A stretch of DNA of 60,564 nt from Octopus bimaculoides (Eukaryota), in the NCBI RefSeq assembly GCF_001194135.2, contig NC_068981.1, positions 68,194,575 to 68,255,138 of the forward strand, read 5' to 3'. Positions 23,791-36,350 of this stretch are shown piece by piece (within the stretch, counting starts at the first letter, position 1; each line of letters starts with the position of its first letter). The position numbers and the translations under genes were made by a program. Below the pieces are notes generated by a model. The model was not told the DNA's origin. It saw only the letters and a program-made list of their open reading frames with translations, and made no database searches.

Positions 23791-23873
23791 ACAGTCAACA
23801 GAAAGAAAGTATTTCGTAACATAAAGCGATTAGTATTTGTATTAACAGTGTCTCCTGATTACACATAAAGTTA

Positions 23874-24075
23874 AGGCGATGAGCTGGCAGAAAAGATAGC
23901 ACGGTGGGCAAAATGCTTAGCGCAATTTCATCCGCCTTTACGATCTGAATACAAATCCCAACGAGGTTGACTCTGCCTTTCATCCTTTTAGGGGTTAAAG
24001 TAAGTAACCTTTAAGCACTGGGGCTGATATCATCGACTTACGCCTCATCCGAACAAACTGGTCTTGTGTCTATGA
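23874..24075 (+). mobile_element. SINE family B
   Basis: aaggcgatgagctggcagaaaagatagcacgg..aaaatgcttagc..gaggttgactctgcctttcatcc.. Confidence 0.8.
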
Positions 24076-24362
24076 TAGACATCATTATTGCACATAAAAT
24101 AAGACGGTGAGCAGGCGGAGCCGTTAGAACGCGGTACAAAATGCTGAGCAAGAATCTACACCGCATATATATATATATATANNNNNNNNNNNNNNNNNNN
24201 NNNNNNNNNNNNNNNNNNNNNNNNNNNNNNNNNNNNNNNNNNNNNNNNNNNNNNNNNNNNNNNNNNNNNNNNNNNNNNNNNNNNNNNNNNNNNNNNNNNN
24301 NNNNNNNNNNNNNNNNNNNNNNNNNNNNNNNNNNNNNNNNNNNNNNNNNNNNNNTGTGTGTG

Positions 24363-24397
<35 letters not shown>

Positions 24398-24459
24398 ATG
24401 TGTGTGTGTGTGTATGTTGTGCGTGTGTATGTATATGTATAAAATTCGTTGTCTGTTCC

Positions 24460-25620
24460 CTATCCATTCTCAAACGCATGCTGCAGAACGCCAAATGAAG
24501 TCTCAATAGAGAAAGGAGATGAGGATTTCGCAAGAACGGCAAACGCATACGGCAGCATATCAAATGGAGTCTCAAGACTGAAGCGAGGTGAGACTTTTCC
24601 AAGATCAGCAAATGAATGCTTCAGCAGGTCAAATGGAGTCTCAATAGAGATGAGAGATGAGACATTCTCAAGATTAGCAAAGGCATACTGCAGCACGTCA
24701 GATGGAGTTTAAAGAGAGAAGGGAGATGAGACTTTCCCAAGAGGAGAATTTCCCAAGGGCGTGCTGCAGAACTTAATGCTGAATCTTTATAAAAACGTTT
24801 TCCTGATTAGACACAGGTCCGATCGAACAGCTCGCAGAAACGGACTAACTACAAGTTCATTCTTCACAACTTCTGGAGGTGATATTAAATCTGATCCACC
24901 CCATTCTTATAAAAATGATAAACTTGTCTAAATTGGTGTGCTAAACTGAAATTGTCGTTTCTGCAAAGCTTTAAAATGTCCGAATGAAACTAATGGCATG
25001 TGCAGCTCAGGCGGTAAGGCAAGATTGCCAGCACTATTAGCTCTTCCTCAGGATCTTATGGATCTTCTGGAAGTCTTTTCCAACCAGACAAATGGTTTTG
25101 TGAACCATATCAGACAATACAACTCTGCATTTCAAATTACATTGTTTGCTGCGTCTAAGGAGATAGTTGAATATGGATTTACACTGATGTTCAAATATCA
25201 AGGGCAAGTCTATCACCTCATTGCTTCCTCAATATTGTTACTCAATAATAAACAACCACAGTTCCTCCAAATTTACGTTATGAGTGATGTAGGACAGCAA
25301 ATTCGAAGGAGGTGTCAAACATTCAGACAGTGGATCATGTTAGATGCAGCTCAAACCGCCACAAAGCAGAGTATATATACTAAAAAGTTTGCAGTACGTT
25401 CAAAATCGCATACACTACACCCACATTTTTGTGACTGGTTAGATTCTAGAATACTCCAAAAAGTTACATGATATGTGACTTAGTAGAATTCGACCATTAT
25501 TTACTCCACAAATGTTTGTTGCCAATGCAGCACTTTCCCGTATCACCTATCTCAACTAACTATAAAATATGTAAAAACTATGCCATTTTAATCCCAAACA
25601 ACGCCAGGTATCTCTGCTAG
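24460..25620 (+). mobile_element. Internally deleted Helitron
   Basis: About 4 degenerate 69-bp (23-aa) repeats (consensus near AAERQMESQERREMRLSQDRQRH). Then IGVLN*NCRFCKALKCPNETNGMCSSGGKARLP..HIRQYNSAFQIT..FKYQGQVYH..PQFLQIY, typical of the Helitron N-terminal/zinc region. Terminus ..caacgccaggtatctctgCTAG|T at 25620. The 5' end is not located. Confidence 0.88.
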
Positions 25621-25949
25621 TATATATTTAAACATACACTATTGTTTCATATTTGTCCTCATATTTTAAAATTCTTACATTATGAAGGGTAAATATATGT
25701 TACTTCTTTTCATGATCCTTACAATATCTCAGTATGTAGCAATGATGTATAAAACGCAACTGTTCCTGTGGAAGAAAGGCGATATTAGTTCTCAGAATAC
25801 TGGATGAATTGACAAGAACAATGTCATGAACATTCTTTAAAGGGAGACAAGTTAAAAGCAAATAGATCCTGATAGTAATTAGAGTTACCTACAATCTGTT
25901 TGCTTAGGCAGCAATGAGTACAGCAGTTAATTTGATGGTCATCTGATAT

Positions 25950-26693
25950 TTAAGTTCAGTTTTTAAGAAGCTATTTTATTTATATTAATCTATTACCATA
26001 AATTCAGAACTATGTTGAAAGATAATGTAGCGTAACTGAAAATGCACATGAAATATAATTTGAATTCCCATCGAAGCATTAACGATCGGCACAATATATT
26101 TTATATTATTTCCAAGATTTAAGCAATTATATTTGGGGAGTATAGTTGTTGTTTTTGCTGTTATTACTGTTGCTCTGATTGTTAATCCCTTTGTTACTTT
26201 TGTGTCGATTCAGAATAGTAATTTTGGGTAAGAACGTACCTGAAATGATTTTCAGCCATAACAATTCGTTTTATTAAAGAATGCATGTAAAACTCTATTA
26301 TTCATGTAAAGTGAATATCATGTACATATAAGTTGATTTGGCTATTATTTTAAGCAGATTAGACAACAAATGAATATTCTTCGTTTGTTGCAGTTGCTAA
26401 TCTTGCTTAACCAGAGATGAGCTGTGATCAATCAAACTTCAACCTTTATATATAACATCTTTTATTCTGATTATATTCCATTTTTTAACAAAATCTTAAT
26501 AAACAGTAAGATTTATTTTCTGGGCTTCCTGACTTTGCAACAACATCGGTTAACAGTAAACTGCGAATGTGAAGAACAAAATATAATAAATGTTTCTAAT
26601 TATGATGTCCAAATAATTGAAATCAAAACTTATGAAGATAATTACTTTAATTTGAAAGGCAAACATATAACAGACAACTTGGTTTCAAAATAA
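25950..26693 (+). pseudogene. TLR-like relic (LRRs - LRRCT)
   Basis: KKLFYLY*S; HMKYNL..IPIEAL; KQLYLG. ORF 26424-26693 has KIYFLG..VNCEC..NLKGKHITD (LRRCT-like). Confidence 0.45.
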
Positions 26694-27149
26694 GACAAAA
26701 TATCGGTACGGAGTTGAGGAAAACTTTATTCATTAAAACTGGGCAAATTAATAAATAATAAATGTACTCATAAATAAACACTGCCCCGCCCGAAGTTTAT
26801 AGGCCACACATTTATTCCTTTGTGTTGTTTTCTATACAGTAATTACATATATTTTTAGCCGAGAGTCATTAGGAAACAGGGATAATGCTATTCTTTCTTT
26901 GTACAAAATGTGAATATCTTCAAAGGTTGCTAATTAAATTTATTCATATTACGCTTACAGCAGCAACAACTAGAACAGTATGAGTGAGTTTAGCATGAAG
27001 AGTAGCAAACAGTTAAAGAGCAAATAAAACACCTATTCATACAGAATGACACACAAAAATAAACACATTTCAAATGATAAATTCTATTTCCTAACACCTC
27101 TTTGTCTACAGGGCGGAATTTGAAATTAGATACACAAAATCAGAGAAAA

Positions 27150-29100
27150 AGTTTCTAAAATAGAGAAAAATAACAAAACAAAATCAGAATAAAGAAACAC
27201 AGGTCTCAAAAATTTAAATGGAATAATTTAGTAGAAGAATGATATCACTTATTGTAATCATTCATTATATATCAAAGGAAAAAAGAGAACATCATTAGGA
27301 AGGCTGTTATAGCTTAATTATTTTTTTCCTATCCAGCTCTTTGTATTCCACTCGATATAAAAGTTCCCATAGATAGAAAAAATGATAAATATATAAAAAA
27401 TCAACATCATGAACTCAGGGATGGAGACCAATAATGTATTTTTACAGTCTCCAAGACAAGAATAAGCCTAATATCTCATTGGCACTAATGAGGAGAATGA
27501 AAATCAAGACTGACGTCAATATAAATTGAATTTGGAACCTACAAGTACAAAAATAACTGCTAAAAGGTGTTTATTGCGACACACAGCTATTGCTGCTAAT
27601 ACACTGTTCGTTCGACAATTACAATTCCAATCAATGTAACACGCGAAATTGCTTTCAATTTTTGGACCAAATAATGTATTATATTCAGATTATTTGCGAA
27701 ACATGATGTCTCTTTTATTCACACCCAAAATGAAAAAAATCAATACTTTCTGACTATGATTAAAATGCAGTTGCTTAACTCTTTTGTAATAGTGTCAGCA
27801 ATTTTACTCATTAATGCTTAAAAGTTTCAGTATCCTTTGTCTACGATAGCAAAAACAGAATTCTTCTCTTTGTTTACTTCTTAACTTCTTGTTCAAGTAA
27901 ATGACCTTCTATAAATTTTCAGTAGTGACTACTGAGTTGATGTCTTGTCTTATAATACTGTCGAATTTGTTGATCCTGGAGTATTTGTGAAAATTGTATA
28001 GAATGAATATTATTAGAATTATGATCTATATGACTTAGGAAATCATAAAAAGAAAGAATTTGATTTAATATATGCATAATATTATGCGATGATTCATTCA
28101 TAACAGAAAAATAAATAAAACAACAATTAGATTTGCTATGTACAATCGAAGCATTATCGCAGAACAAAAAATTATCTTGTCAGGAAAAATGCAATCTTAA
28201 CTGAATTCTTCATTCTATTTCCTTAGATATTTATTAAATTGGTTTATACATGTGAATTGTCAACCGGCATCATAACATTTTAGGAACAACTGAGAATACA
28301 TTTTTGTACATGTAACACAGTTTGCCTTTTCTTGGGATATTTTCTTTTCTAATAATTGGAGGTTTTGCTGGTCAGAAAGATCCAAACAGGATAGATTCCA
28401 GATACATCCTCAAATCTACTAATTCTTTATATCGATACATTTCATTTAACTTTTGTTAATATATTCAATAAGGAAGAAATATTGTACTTCTATTGTTTTT
28501 GTTTTTATAATTTCGGAAACGATTACTGCGTGAAGACAGTTTGTAACTGCAGAGAGTTTTCGTGATACTTGCAGAATATTTTATGTCTGATGTTTAGCAG
28601 AACTACAGTCATTTTCCTTTCAACTCATTTTATATGGCTGTTAATATATAAGTTTCAACGGTGATTCTCCCAGTTGACAGTTATCTTGCGTTTTTAGAAT
28701 ACATTAAACTAAATATAAAACAGATAAATTTTACTTTACAAGTTTGATCATGTGCTCTATTTAGCACATGTTCGATATTTATTTTTTATCAGTGACGTAG
28801 AAAATAATTCATTTTAATAAGCATAAATATCTGCTTATAATAAGGATGACAAAGGTGAGAAATTCATCTGTTTCATTTTGTCAGAAATATCATGAAATCA
28901 GCTATTTCATTGATTCTTGAGTATCGTTTAAGTATTTCATGTGCATGTTCTGAATCGATAATGATGGGTTCCATTATTCTTCAAACGACTTAATGAGACG
29001 ATTCAAGCGCAGTCTATACAGTTTCTAAACGTATCCATTTACCAATGCTCAGATTATTTCCGTAGATCATATGACCTATAGCATCATACTTTTTTACAAT
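27150..29100 (-). pseudogene. TLR-like relic (LRRs - LRRCT - TM - juxtamembrane)
   Basis: Minus strand: PLSSLL*ADIY; NLSCLDLSDQQNL; VKQLHFNHS; FANNLNII..RVTLIG-(N)CNC; hydrophobic FMMLIFYIFIIFSIYG followed by YRVE..W (~27310-27410). Confidence 0.45.
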
Positions 29101-30227
29101 GACACGTTTTGAAAGTTATGTAGCTTTGACTTCTTGATATACAAAAATATGCTGAGAGCAAACCTATCTTTCAAGTGTAACTTGAAGTGTACTGAGAAAG
29201 GAAAGAAGCGTATTTCAACAGAACCAAAATTCCTGAGTAAGAGAAAACTTCATAGTCATCAATGATTTCTATCAAATATCAAACTGTCGGGAGATGAGGT
29301 AAGTGAAAGTTTTAAGTTTATTGGACTTGTTATTATATATTTCGTACGTTCTCTGCTTCTTTTCTCGAATGAATCTGGAGTATTTAGTGCATTTATAACT
29401 TTATTTGTGCATATCGTTTATACTTACACCAATACATTTTAATGTATCTAGTTATTTTGTTTCTACATTCTAGGGACATTGTAATCTTTCATTGTCATTT
29501 AACATTAGTTTCAATTGAGGGAAAAAAATACGGGTTTCAAAAGAATGCGTGCGCCTTCTTCACTTCGGGGTAGTCTATTTTTTCAATGGTGAGAGAGTTG
29601 TGCAGTGGAAGCGCTTGTGATGTAGTGATCAGTTTCCTCCTTAAACAAGATCTTATCCGCCATCACACAAAAAGAAATATGGAGGCATAAAAGTAAGTAC
29701 TGCCCATTGTCCAGAAATCTTTCGTCACACATCTGCGACCTCTTCAGGGACACATTTGGCTTTCATCTGTGCTCTTGCTCCATTCATGCCATTCTTCTCT
29801 CCTATGACATGTATCCTTATGTGCAGGAAACGTATGTGCACATATCGATAAATATTATGGAAGATCTGAATGGAGTAAGTAGAGCAGGAGCAAACACGAA
29901 AACGAAAAGTGTCACTGAAGTAGTCATAGATGTGACTACTTCAGCGAAAGATTTCCAGACAATGGACATGACTTAGAATAAGAACAGTAATAAACGAGTG
30001 AAGAACAAATATATAGTGCGTGTGTTTACGTGGCATAAAAAAGAAAAAAAGATGACTATCCCGAAATACAACAATATATGTTTCAAAACACGTTTTCACA
30101 TCAGGAATCTTGCAACACAAATTGATAAACGTATATACATATGATGAACGACGATCAATGACCACTGCTCATGCAAAGCTTCAGCAATGCCCGTACGTAA
30201 AGTTATTGCACCAACAGCGGAGGCACT

Positions 30228-30448
30228 AGGGTTCGCGGTCGCCCTTCATGTCCGTCAACGCGCCCTCTGGACAGCAAATGGTTGTCTCGTCTAGAGTTTG
30301 AAGTCCAATAACGATTACACAGATCACCTCCATCCTATGGATATCATCCACAGACTAGCGAGAGCAAGATATCCAGTGCCAGTATCTGTGCAAGCGTTCG
30401 CGGCCGCCCCTTCCATGTCCGTCGCTGCTCCCTCTGGACAGCGGCACC
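30228..30448. repeat. GC-rich ~50-bp imperfect direct repeat, two copies 165 bp apart
   Basis: gttcgcggtcgcccttcatgtccgtcaacgcgccctctggacagc vs gttcgcggccgccccttccatgtccgtcgctgctccctctggacagc. Confidence 0.85.
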
Positions 30449-30469
30449 ATGATCTGAAGCATGTATACA

Positions 30470-30505
<36 letters not shown>

Positions 30506-31539
30506 TATATATNNNNNNNNNNNNNNNNNNNNNNNNNNNNNNNNNNNNNNNNNNNNNNNNNNNNNNNNNNNNNNNNNNNNNNNNNNNNNNNNNNNNNNNN
30601 NNNNNNNNNNNNNNNNNNNNNNNNNNNNNNNNNNNNNNNNNNNNNNNNNNNNNNNNNNNNNNNNNNNNNNNNNNNNNNNNNNNNNNNNNNNNNNNNNNNN
30701 NNNNNNNNNNNNNNNNNNNNNNNNNNNNNNNNNNNNNNNNNNNNNNNNNNNNNNNNNNNNNNNNNNNNNNNNNNNNNNNNNNNNNNNNNNNNNNNNNNNN
30801 NNNNNNNNNNNNNNNNNNNNNNNNNNNNNNNNNNNNNNNNNNNNNNNNNNNNNNNNNNNNNNNNNNNNNNNNNNNNNNNNNNNNNNNNNNNNNNNNNNNN
30901 NNNNNNNNNNNNNNNNNNNNNNNNNNNNNNNNNNNNNNNNNNNNNNNNNNNNNNNNNNNNNNNNNNNNNNNNNNNNNNNNNNNNNNNNNNNNNNNNNNNN
31001 NNNNNNNNNNNNNNNNNNNNNNNNNNNNNNNNNNNNNNNNNNNNNNNNNNNNNNNNNNNNNNNNNNNNNNNNNNNNNNNNNNNNNNNNNNNNNNNNNNNN
31101 NNNNNNNNNNNNNNNNNNNNNNNNNNNNNNNNNNNNNNNNNNNNNNNNNNNNNNNNNNNNNNNNNNNNNNNNNNNNNNNNNNNNNNNNNNNNNNNNNNNN
31201 NNNNNNNNNNNNNNNNNNNNNNNNNNNNNNNNNNNNNNNNNNNNNNNNNNNNNNNNNNNNNNNNNNNNNNNNNNNNNNNNNNNNNNNNNNNNNNNNNNNN
31301 NNNNNNNNNNNNNNNNNNNNNNNNNNNNNNNNNNNNNNNNNNNNNNNNNNNNNNNNNNNNNNNNNNNNNNNNNNNNNNNNNNNNNNNNNNNNNNNNNNNN
31401 NNNNNNNNNNNNNNNNNNNNNNNNNNNNNNNNNNNNNNNNNNNNNNNNNNNNNNNNNNNNNNNNNNNNNNNNNNNNNNNNNNNNNNNNNATATATATATA
31501 TATATATATATAAATATGAACCTTTATTTCTAGTTGTAT

Positions 31540-31750
31540 CAAGAGATTTAAATATAGAAAATTAAGAAAGCAAAACAGAGAGAGAAAATAGCGAATGATT
31601 GATAGAGCCTCAGGTACAGTTTGCGCGATAGACAAAGCAGAGAATAAATCAACATTTAGCAGAACAAATTGTTCATCATTGACAATTTTTTTTCGTATGG
31701 AAGCGAAAAGCCAAGAACATGTGCAGAATTGTAAATTATGAAGCACTGAA
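31540..31750 (-). pseudogene. Possible LRRCT-TM relic
   Basis: LHNLQFCTCSWLF.. followed by the hydrophobic IIRYFLSLFCFLNFLYL. Confidence 0.3.
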
Positions 31751-32059
31751 TTCGGATTGAACAGAATGATATACGTCTATAGAAAGTTACACATGCGCAC
31801 CATAAGTAATCACAATGTACATCAATCGTACAAGCATACACACACTCACCAACACACCCGTACCCAAAACACACGCAGACATATATGTACATATATCTAT
31901 CTCTCTCTATATATATTTATATACAAATTAAAAGGGTAAAGGATTATCAATTTATTAATTAATAAATCAATTAATAATTAATAATTTTTACCAAGCCCAT
32001 CGGTATGTACGCACCATTATTGGTGTAGAACTTATTCAAAAGTTCATAGATTTATACAT

Positions 32060-32380
32060 ATAATTAAGGGATCAGCAAAATATTTGTTTCACCATATACC
32101 GAAGTTCAGAAAATAGCAGCTAAAAAAGCTGAGAATCTCACAGATAGCATCACTTGTAACTCACAAAGGCAAAAACAAGAAGAAAAAACAATGAAAAACT
32201 AACCAATTCAGATGATGCTGTTAATCATCTGAATTGGTTAGATTTTCATTGTTTTTTCTTCTTGTTTTTGCCTTTGTGAGTTACAAGTGATGCTATCTGT
32301 GAGATTCTCAGCTTTTTTACCTGCTATTTTCTGAACTTCGGTATATGGTGAAGCAAATATTTTGCTGATCCCTTAATTAT
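32060..32380. repeat. Near-perfect long palindrome (157-bp arms, 7-nt spacer)
   Basis: 32060-32216 vs 32224-32380, 3 mismatches by manual comparison, spacer gctgtta. The right arm runs into an N-gap. Confidence 0.92.
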
Positions 32381-33719
32381 NNNNNNNNNNNNNNNNNNNN
32401 NNNNNNNNNNNNNNNNNNNNNNNNNNNNNNNNNNNNNNNNNNNNNNNNNNNNNNNNNNNNNNNNNNNNNNNNNNNNNNNNNNNNNNNNNNNNNNNNNNNN
32501 NNNNNNNNNNNNNNNNNNNNNNNNNNNNNNNNNNNNNNNNNNNNNNNNNNNNNNNNNNNNNNNNNNNNNNNNNNNNNNNNNNNNNNNNNNNNNNNNNNNN
32601 NNNNNNNNNNNNNNNNNNNNNNNNNNNNNNNNNNNNNNNNNNNNNNNNNNNNNNNNNNNNNNNNNNNNNNNNNNNNNNNNNNNNNNNNNNNNNNNNNNNN
32701 NNNNNNNNNNNNNNNNNNNNNNNNNNNNNNNNNNNNNNNNNNNNNNNNNNNNNNNNNNNNNNNNNNNNNNNNNNNNNNNNNNNNNNNNNNNNNNNNNNNN
32801 NNNNNNNNNNNNNNNNNNNNNNNNNNNNNNNNNNNNNNNNNNNNNNNNNNNNNNNNNNNNNNNNNNNNNNNNNNNNNNNNNNNNNNNNNNNNNNNNNNNN
32901 NNNNNNNNNNNNNNNNNNNNNNNNNNNNNNNNNNNNNNNNNNNNNNNNNNNNNNNNNNNNNNNNNNNNNATAAATAACTATATATATATATATATATATA
33001 CATATATGCATGTATGTTTTATATAAATAATAAATGTATGTGTATATGTGTATGTATGCATGTATGTATGCAAATTTGTCAAATGATTTGGTCCAGAACA
33101 ATTCACTTGCAAAGGTCTGCATGACGGAACTTTTATATTGAATATTTTACTTATCTATTAGTAAACTCTGGAAGTAAATTATTCTAATCAGAGTTTACTG
33201 TGCAAGATAGTTTGTGCTGGAGCAAAGAAAGAAGACATTTTTTCTGTAGTTGTTTACGTATTTAAGTCATTTGTCTAAATATTTCATGTTGTTTACACAA
33301 TTGGTGATGTCATTGAACATCACGCATATATTTCCAAGTAAGTTTATCTTCACCTTTTTGATGCTATCTTTTTTACTCTATCACTCCCCAAATTCCCTTT
33401 TTCTTCCCATCCCCTTACACCATTTTCTATCTGTTTCTCCCTATCTCTCTTTTTCTCTCTCGTTGCTCACACGTGAATTTTGTCCATCTTTCCTTTCCTC
33501 ACGTGACCATATTTCTTTTCCTGCACGGACGTTTTTTCCCTCTCTTCTATCTTTTCTCTTTACAAAGAAAAATATTTCTCCCAACGTTCATCATAATACT
33601 TCCGTTCTAGTCTAATGGCCATTTATGTTTGTTTGTTTTTTCGGTTACCTAGTATATCTCCACTGCCCTGTTTTTGTTTCTAACTTTGATCCCCCATATA
33701 TACAAAATTTTATTTTGGA

Positions 33720-33860
33720 ATTTCTGGAAGCAATTGCCTTTTAAGTGTCATTTTGTGGTTGAATGCTCCAAGCAAGGAGTAGATAGACAGCCGACAATAG
33801 ATGAGGAATCGTTTCTCTGCCTTTACTTGTCCTTGTTTCCAACTTTTTCTCCCGTTGTGT
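33720..33860 (+). pseudogene. Possible LRRNT-LRR relic
   Basis: LPFKCHFVVECSKQGVDRQPTIDEESFLCLYLS resembles CP..C....V.CS..GL...P.I.....L.LS. Confidence 0.4.
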
Positions 33861-34149
33861 ACGTATTTATCTTGTCTGTCTACGTATTTCATGGTGTTTA
33901 CACAGTTCGTGACGTCCTGTACCTATATGTGCATGCATACATACATACATACATACATGCATATATATATATATATATATATATCTGTTTAGTGGGTTGA
34001 TCCACTACTCAGGAAGAAACTATTTTAAGAGTGCGTCCTGCCTTATCTTCGAAACTCCTAGTTTAGAATAGAAGCAGCTGATGAAAGAATATTTCCACAA
34101 GTGGCTATTTGTTTTCCTATGTTTTTCTTCCGTTGTCAACGAATTTTCA

Positions 34150-34900
34150 TCGAGAAATTGGTAATGAAAAGAGTTGGAACAAAATTTGTGTCCTCGCTTG
34201 CTCATGGAATATCAAAAGCAGTCACGACTGAATGCGTGTCGTGAACTGAAAGAACAACTGGAAATTGATCTGAACCATCTTTCGAAGGTCACCACTGGTG
34301 CCGAATGGGAATCGAGTCAATGGTTACGAAGAGTAATCAAGTCAATGGAAGCATTCAGTAACACTACGCCCCACAAATTTGTGTCAAGTGACGTCCAATT
34401 TTAAGACGATGCTGATTTGTTTCATCGAAGCGATAGAAATTGTCCACACAGTATTTGTTCCGCCTACGTGGTAGTTCTGAAGCGCTTGCGAGACATGCCG
34501 AGACGGAAACGCTCCGACCAGTGGCAAAGTTATGTGTGGTGGTTTCATCACGACCATGCCCCTTCGCACACCACCTTGAGCGTGAAACAGTTTTTGAACA
34601 AAAATAACGTGACACCATTCCTCCCATTCACTCGATATTACTCCCCGCAACTTTTTTCGTTCTACCGAATAAAAAAGAGGCCTAAATGAAAACGTTTTGC
34701 TGAAGTGGAAGGCATGACGAAAAGACCATGGAGGCCTTAGAAGGCATCACTTCGCAAGATTTCTAGCACTGCTTCGAACAGTGTAAAACACATCTGGACC
34801 GATGCATAGCTTCAAATAGAGAATATTTGGCAGGCAATAAAAAATATAATCATGTAAAACTAAGTGGATAACATAATATTGCAAAATTCCGGTTTCATTT
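34150..34900 (+). mobile_element. Degenerate mariner transposase remnant
   Basis: PRLLMEYQKQSRLNACRELKE..SKVTTG; KTMLICF; VLKRLRD..RKRSDQW..WFHHDHAPSHTTLSVKQFLNKNNV; FEQCKTHLDRCIASN. Multiple frameshifts and stops. Confidence 0.88.
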
Positions 34901-35449
34901 AGCATTCTTTCGAGACATCAGTCGAAAATGGCGCGAAAACAACGGGAGCAATATCACAAGGGATGTATGCAGTTACGTGAACTGTTCATGCAACATGTGG
35001 GACATCACTGATTTTACTTGTACGTGAACATACGCACCCATATACATGTATATGTATGAATGCAACATATGCTGTATATAACAACAGTCGACGCTAAACA
35101 TATATTTAACATATATTAGATCAAAGTGTCAAAACTCACTTGAACAAAGATGTTATTACAATGCAGCGGGAACTGTTTCATCTGGAACATGCTATGTCTT
35201 CATTCAAGCAGTTTTAATGTAACACTCCATGTGCTCACTGATGTGTGTATAGGTAAGCAATCTTTGATGTTTGTGCGATACTCTGTCGGACGATGCATGG
35301 GAGAAGGCTCTTCTCCTGACACGTTATTAATTCCATACGTGGAAATAATATTTTGAAAGTGTAAATGTCTTTTCTAACAAATTCCACCAAGCAAGTTTCA
35401 TCCGAAGAACCATCAAATTTTCTCAGAGACTTATGTGAAAGTAATACGT

Positions 35450-36350
35450 ATATTATTGTTCACTAATGACTTCTATATAAACAAAATCTCCTTTTGTATA
35501 TTTGAAGCATGGTTCTGCATTTAACGATATCTTTCAAATTGTAAAACATATGAAATCAAAATAACAAACTATCCAATAAATTTGGTCTTTAATCCAATTT
35601 GAGCTTAAACATTTACTCTAATCCTTGGATAGCGAATGACAAACTCCTGGCAGATTTCTTTATCGTATTATGTCAATGCAAAGTGAATTAGATTTCTTAT
35701 CTGAAGAAAATAACATTCTTCATAATCATCAAGATTTCCACATTACAAGTGGATACTTCAGTTAGATTATCACTCCGATATTTTTCAGTAAATGCAATGA
35801 CTTAGATACCTCTATGCAAGTCCATTACAAAGAAGAATTGTTGTAATGGAGAAAATGAATAGATCTAAAAACGATCTCAATTTGTGGAAAACGAAACTGG
35901 GACTTTGAAATGTAATCATTCCCTAAATACAAATTTTTGATAATATTTTTTTTATAGCGTACAGAATAATACCTTGAACCATCTACCAAAAGCATTCCTG
36001 TTTGCGAAAGGAAATTAATGCGAAATCCATTTAATTCTGACATTAACAATTCGCATACGGATTTTGCCAGCATCACTATATTTGAGGATGTAAATGAAGT
36101 CTCAGTTATTGTGAATTTGAGGTTTCTATATTATCTCAGTAAAAACTTTGAATCTACATGTTGCTTGAATGTCAGGAAGAAAACATTGCTATAAATGAGG
36201 AAGAATAGTGTCATCAGAACGTTACTATATAATCTCTTTCTGAATTGACGCTTCCGGTCTTAAATTATTTCAAACCACAATCAGAATCCGTTCGCAATTG
36301 TAATATGGCTTAGTAGGAATCCCATCGAAGATAATATCTAGACCAAAATC
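35450..36350 (+). pseudogene. TLR-like relic (LRRs - LRRCT - LRRNT - LRRs)
   Basis: QNNKLS..SLNIYSNPWIAND (35602-35640); ICGKRN; QNNTLNHLPKAF (35962-35997); IRILPASL; NLRFLYYLSKN; MRKNSVIRTLLYNLF; IWLSRNPI (~36299-36325). Confidence 0.6.

Noticed and set aside
29221-29304. Possible exon ending in a strong donor GAG|GTAAGT
   Set aside because: All three frames from the best acceptor contain stops, and no partner exons were identified.
30425-30448. REST/RE1 site suggested by ggacagcggc
   Set aside because: The left half-site (TCAGCACC) and the 2-nt spacing do not match.
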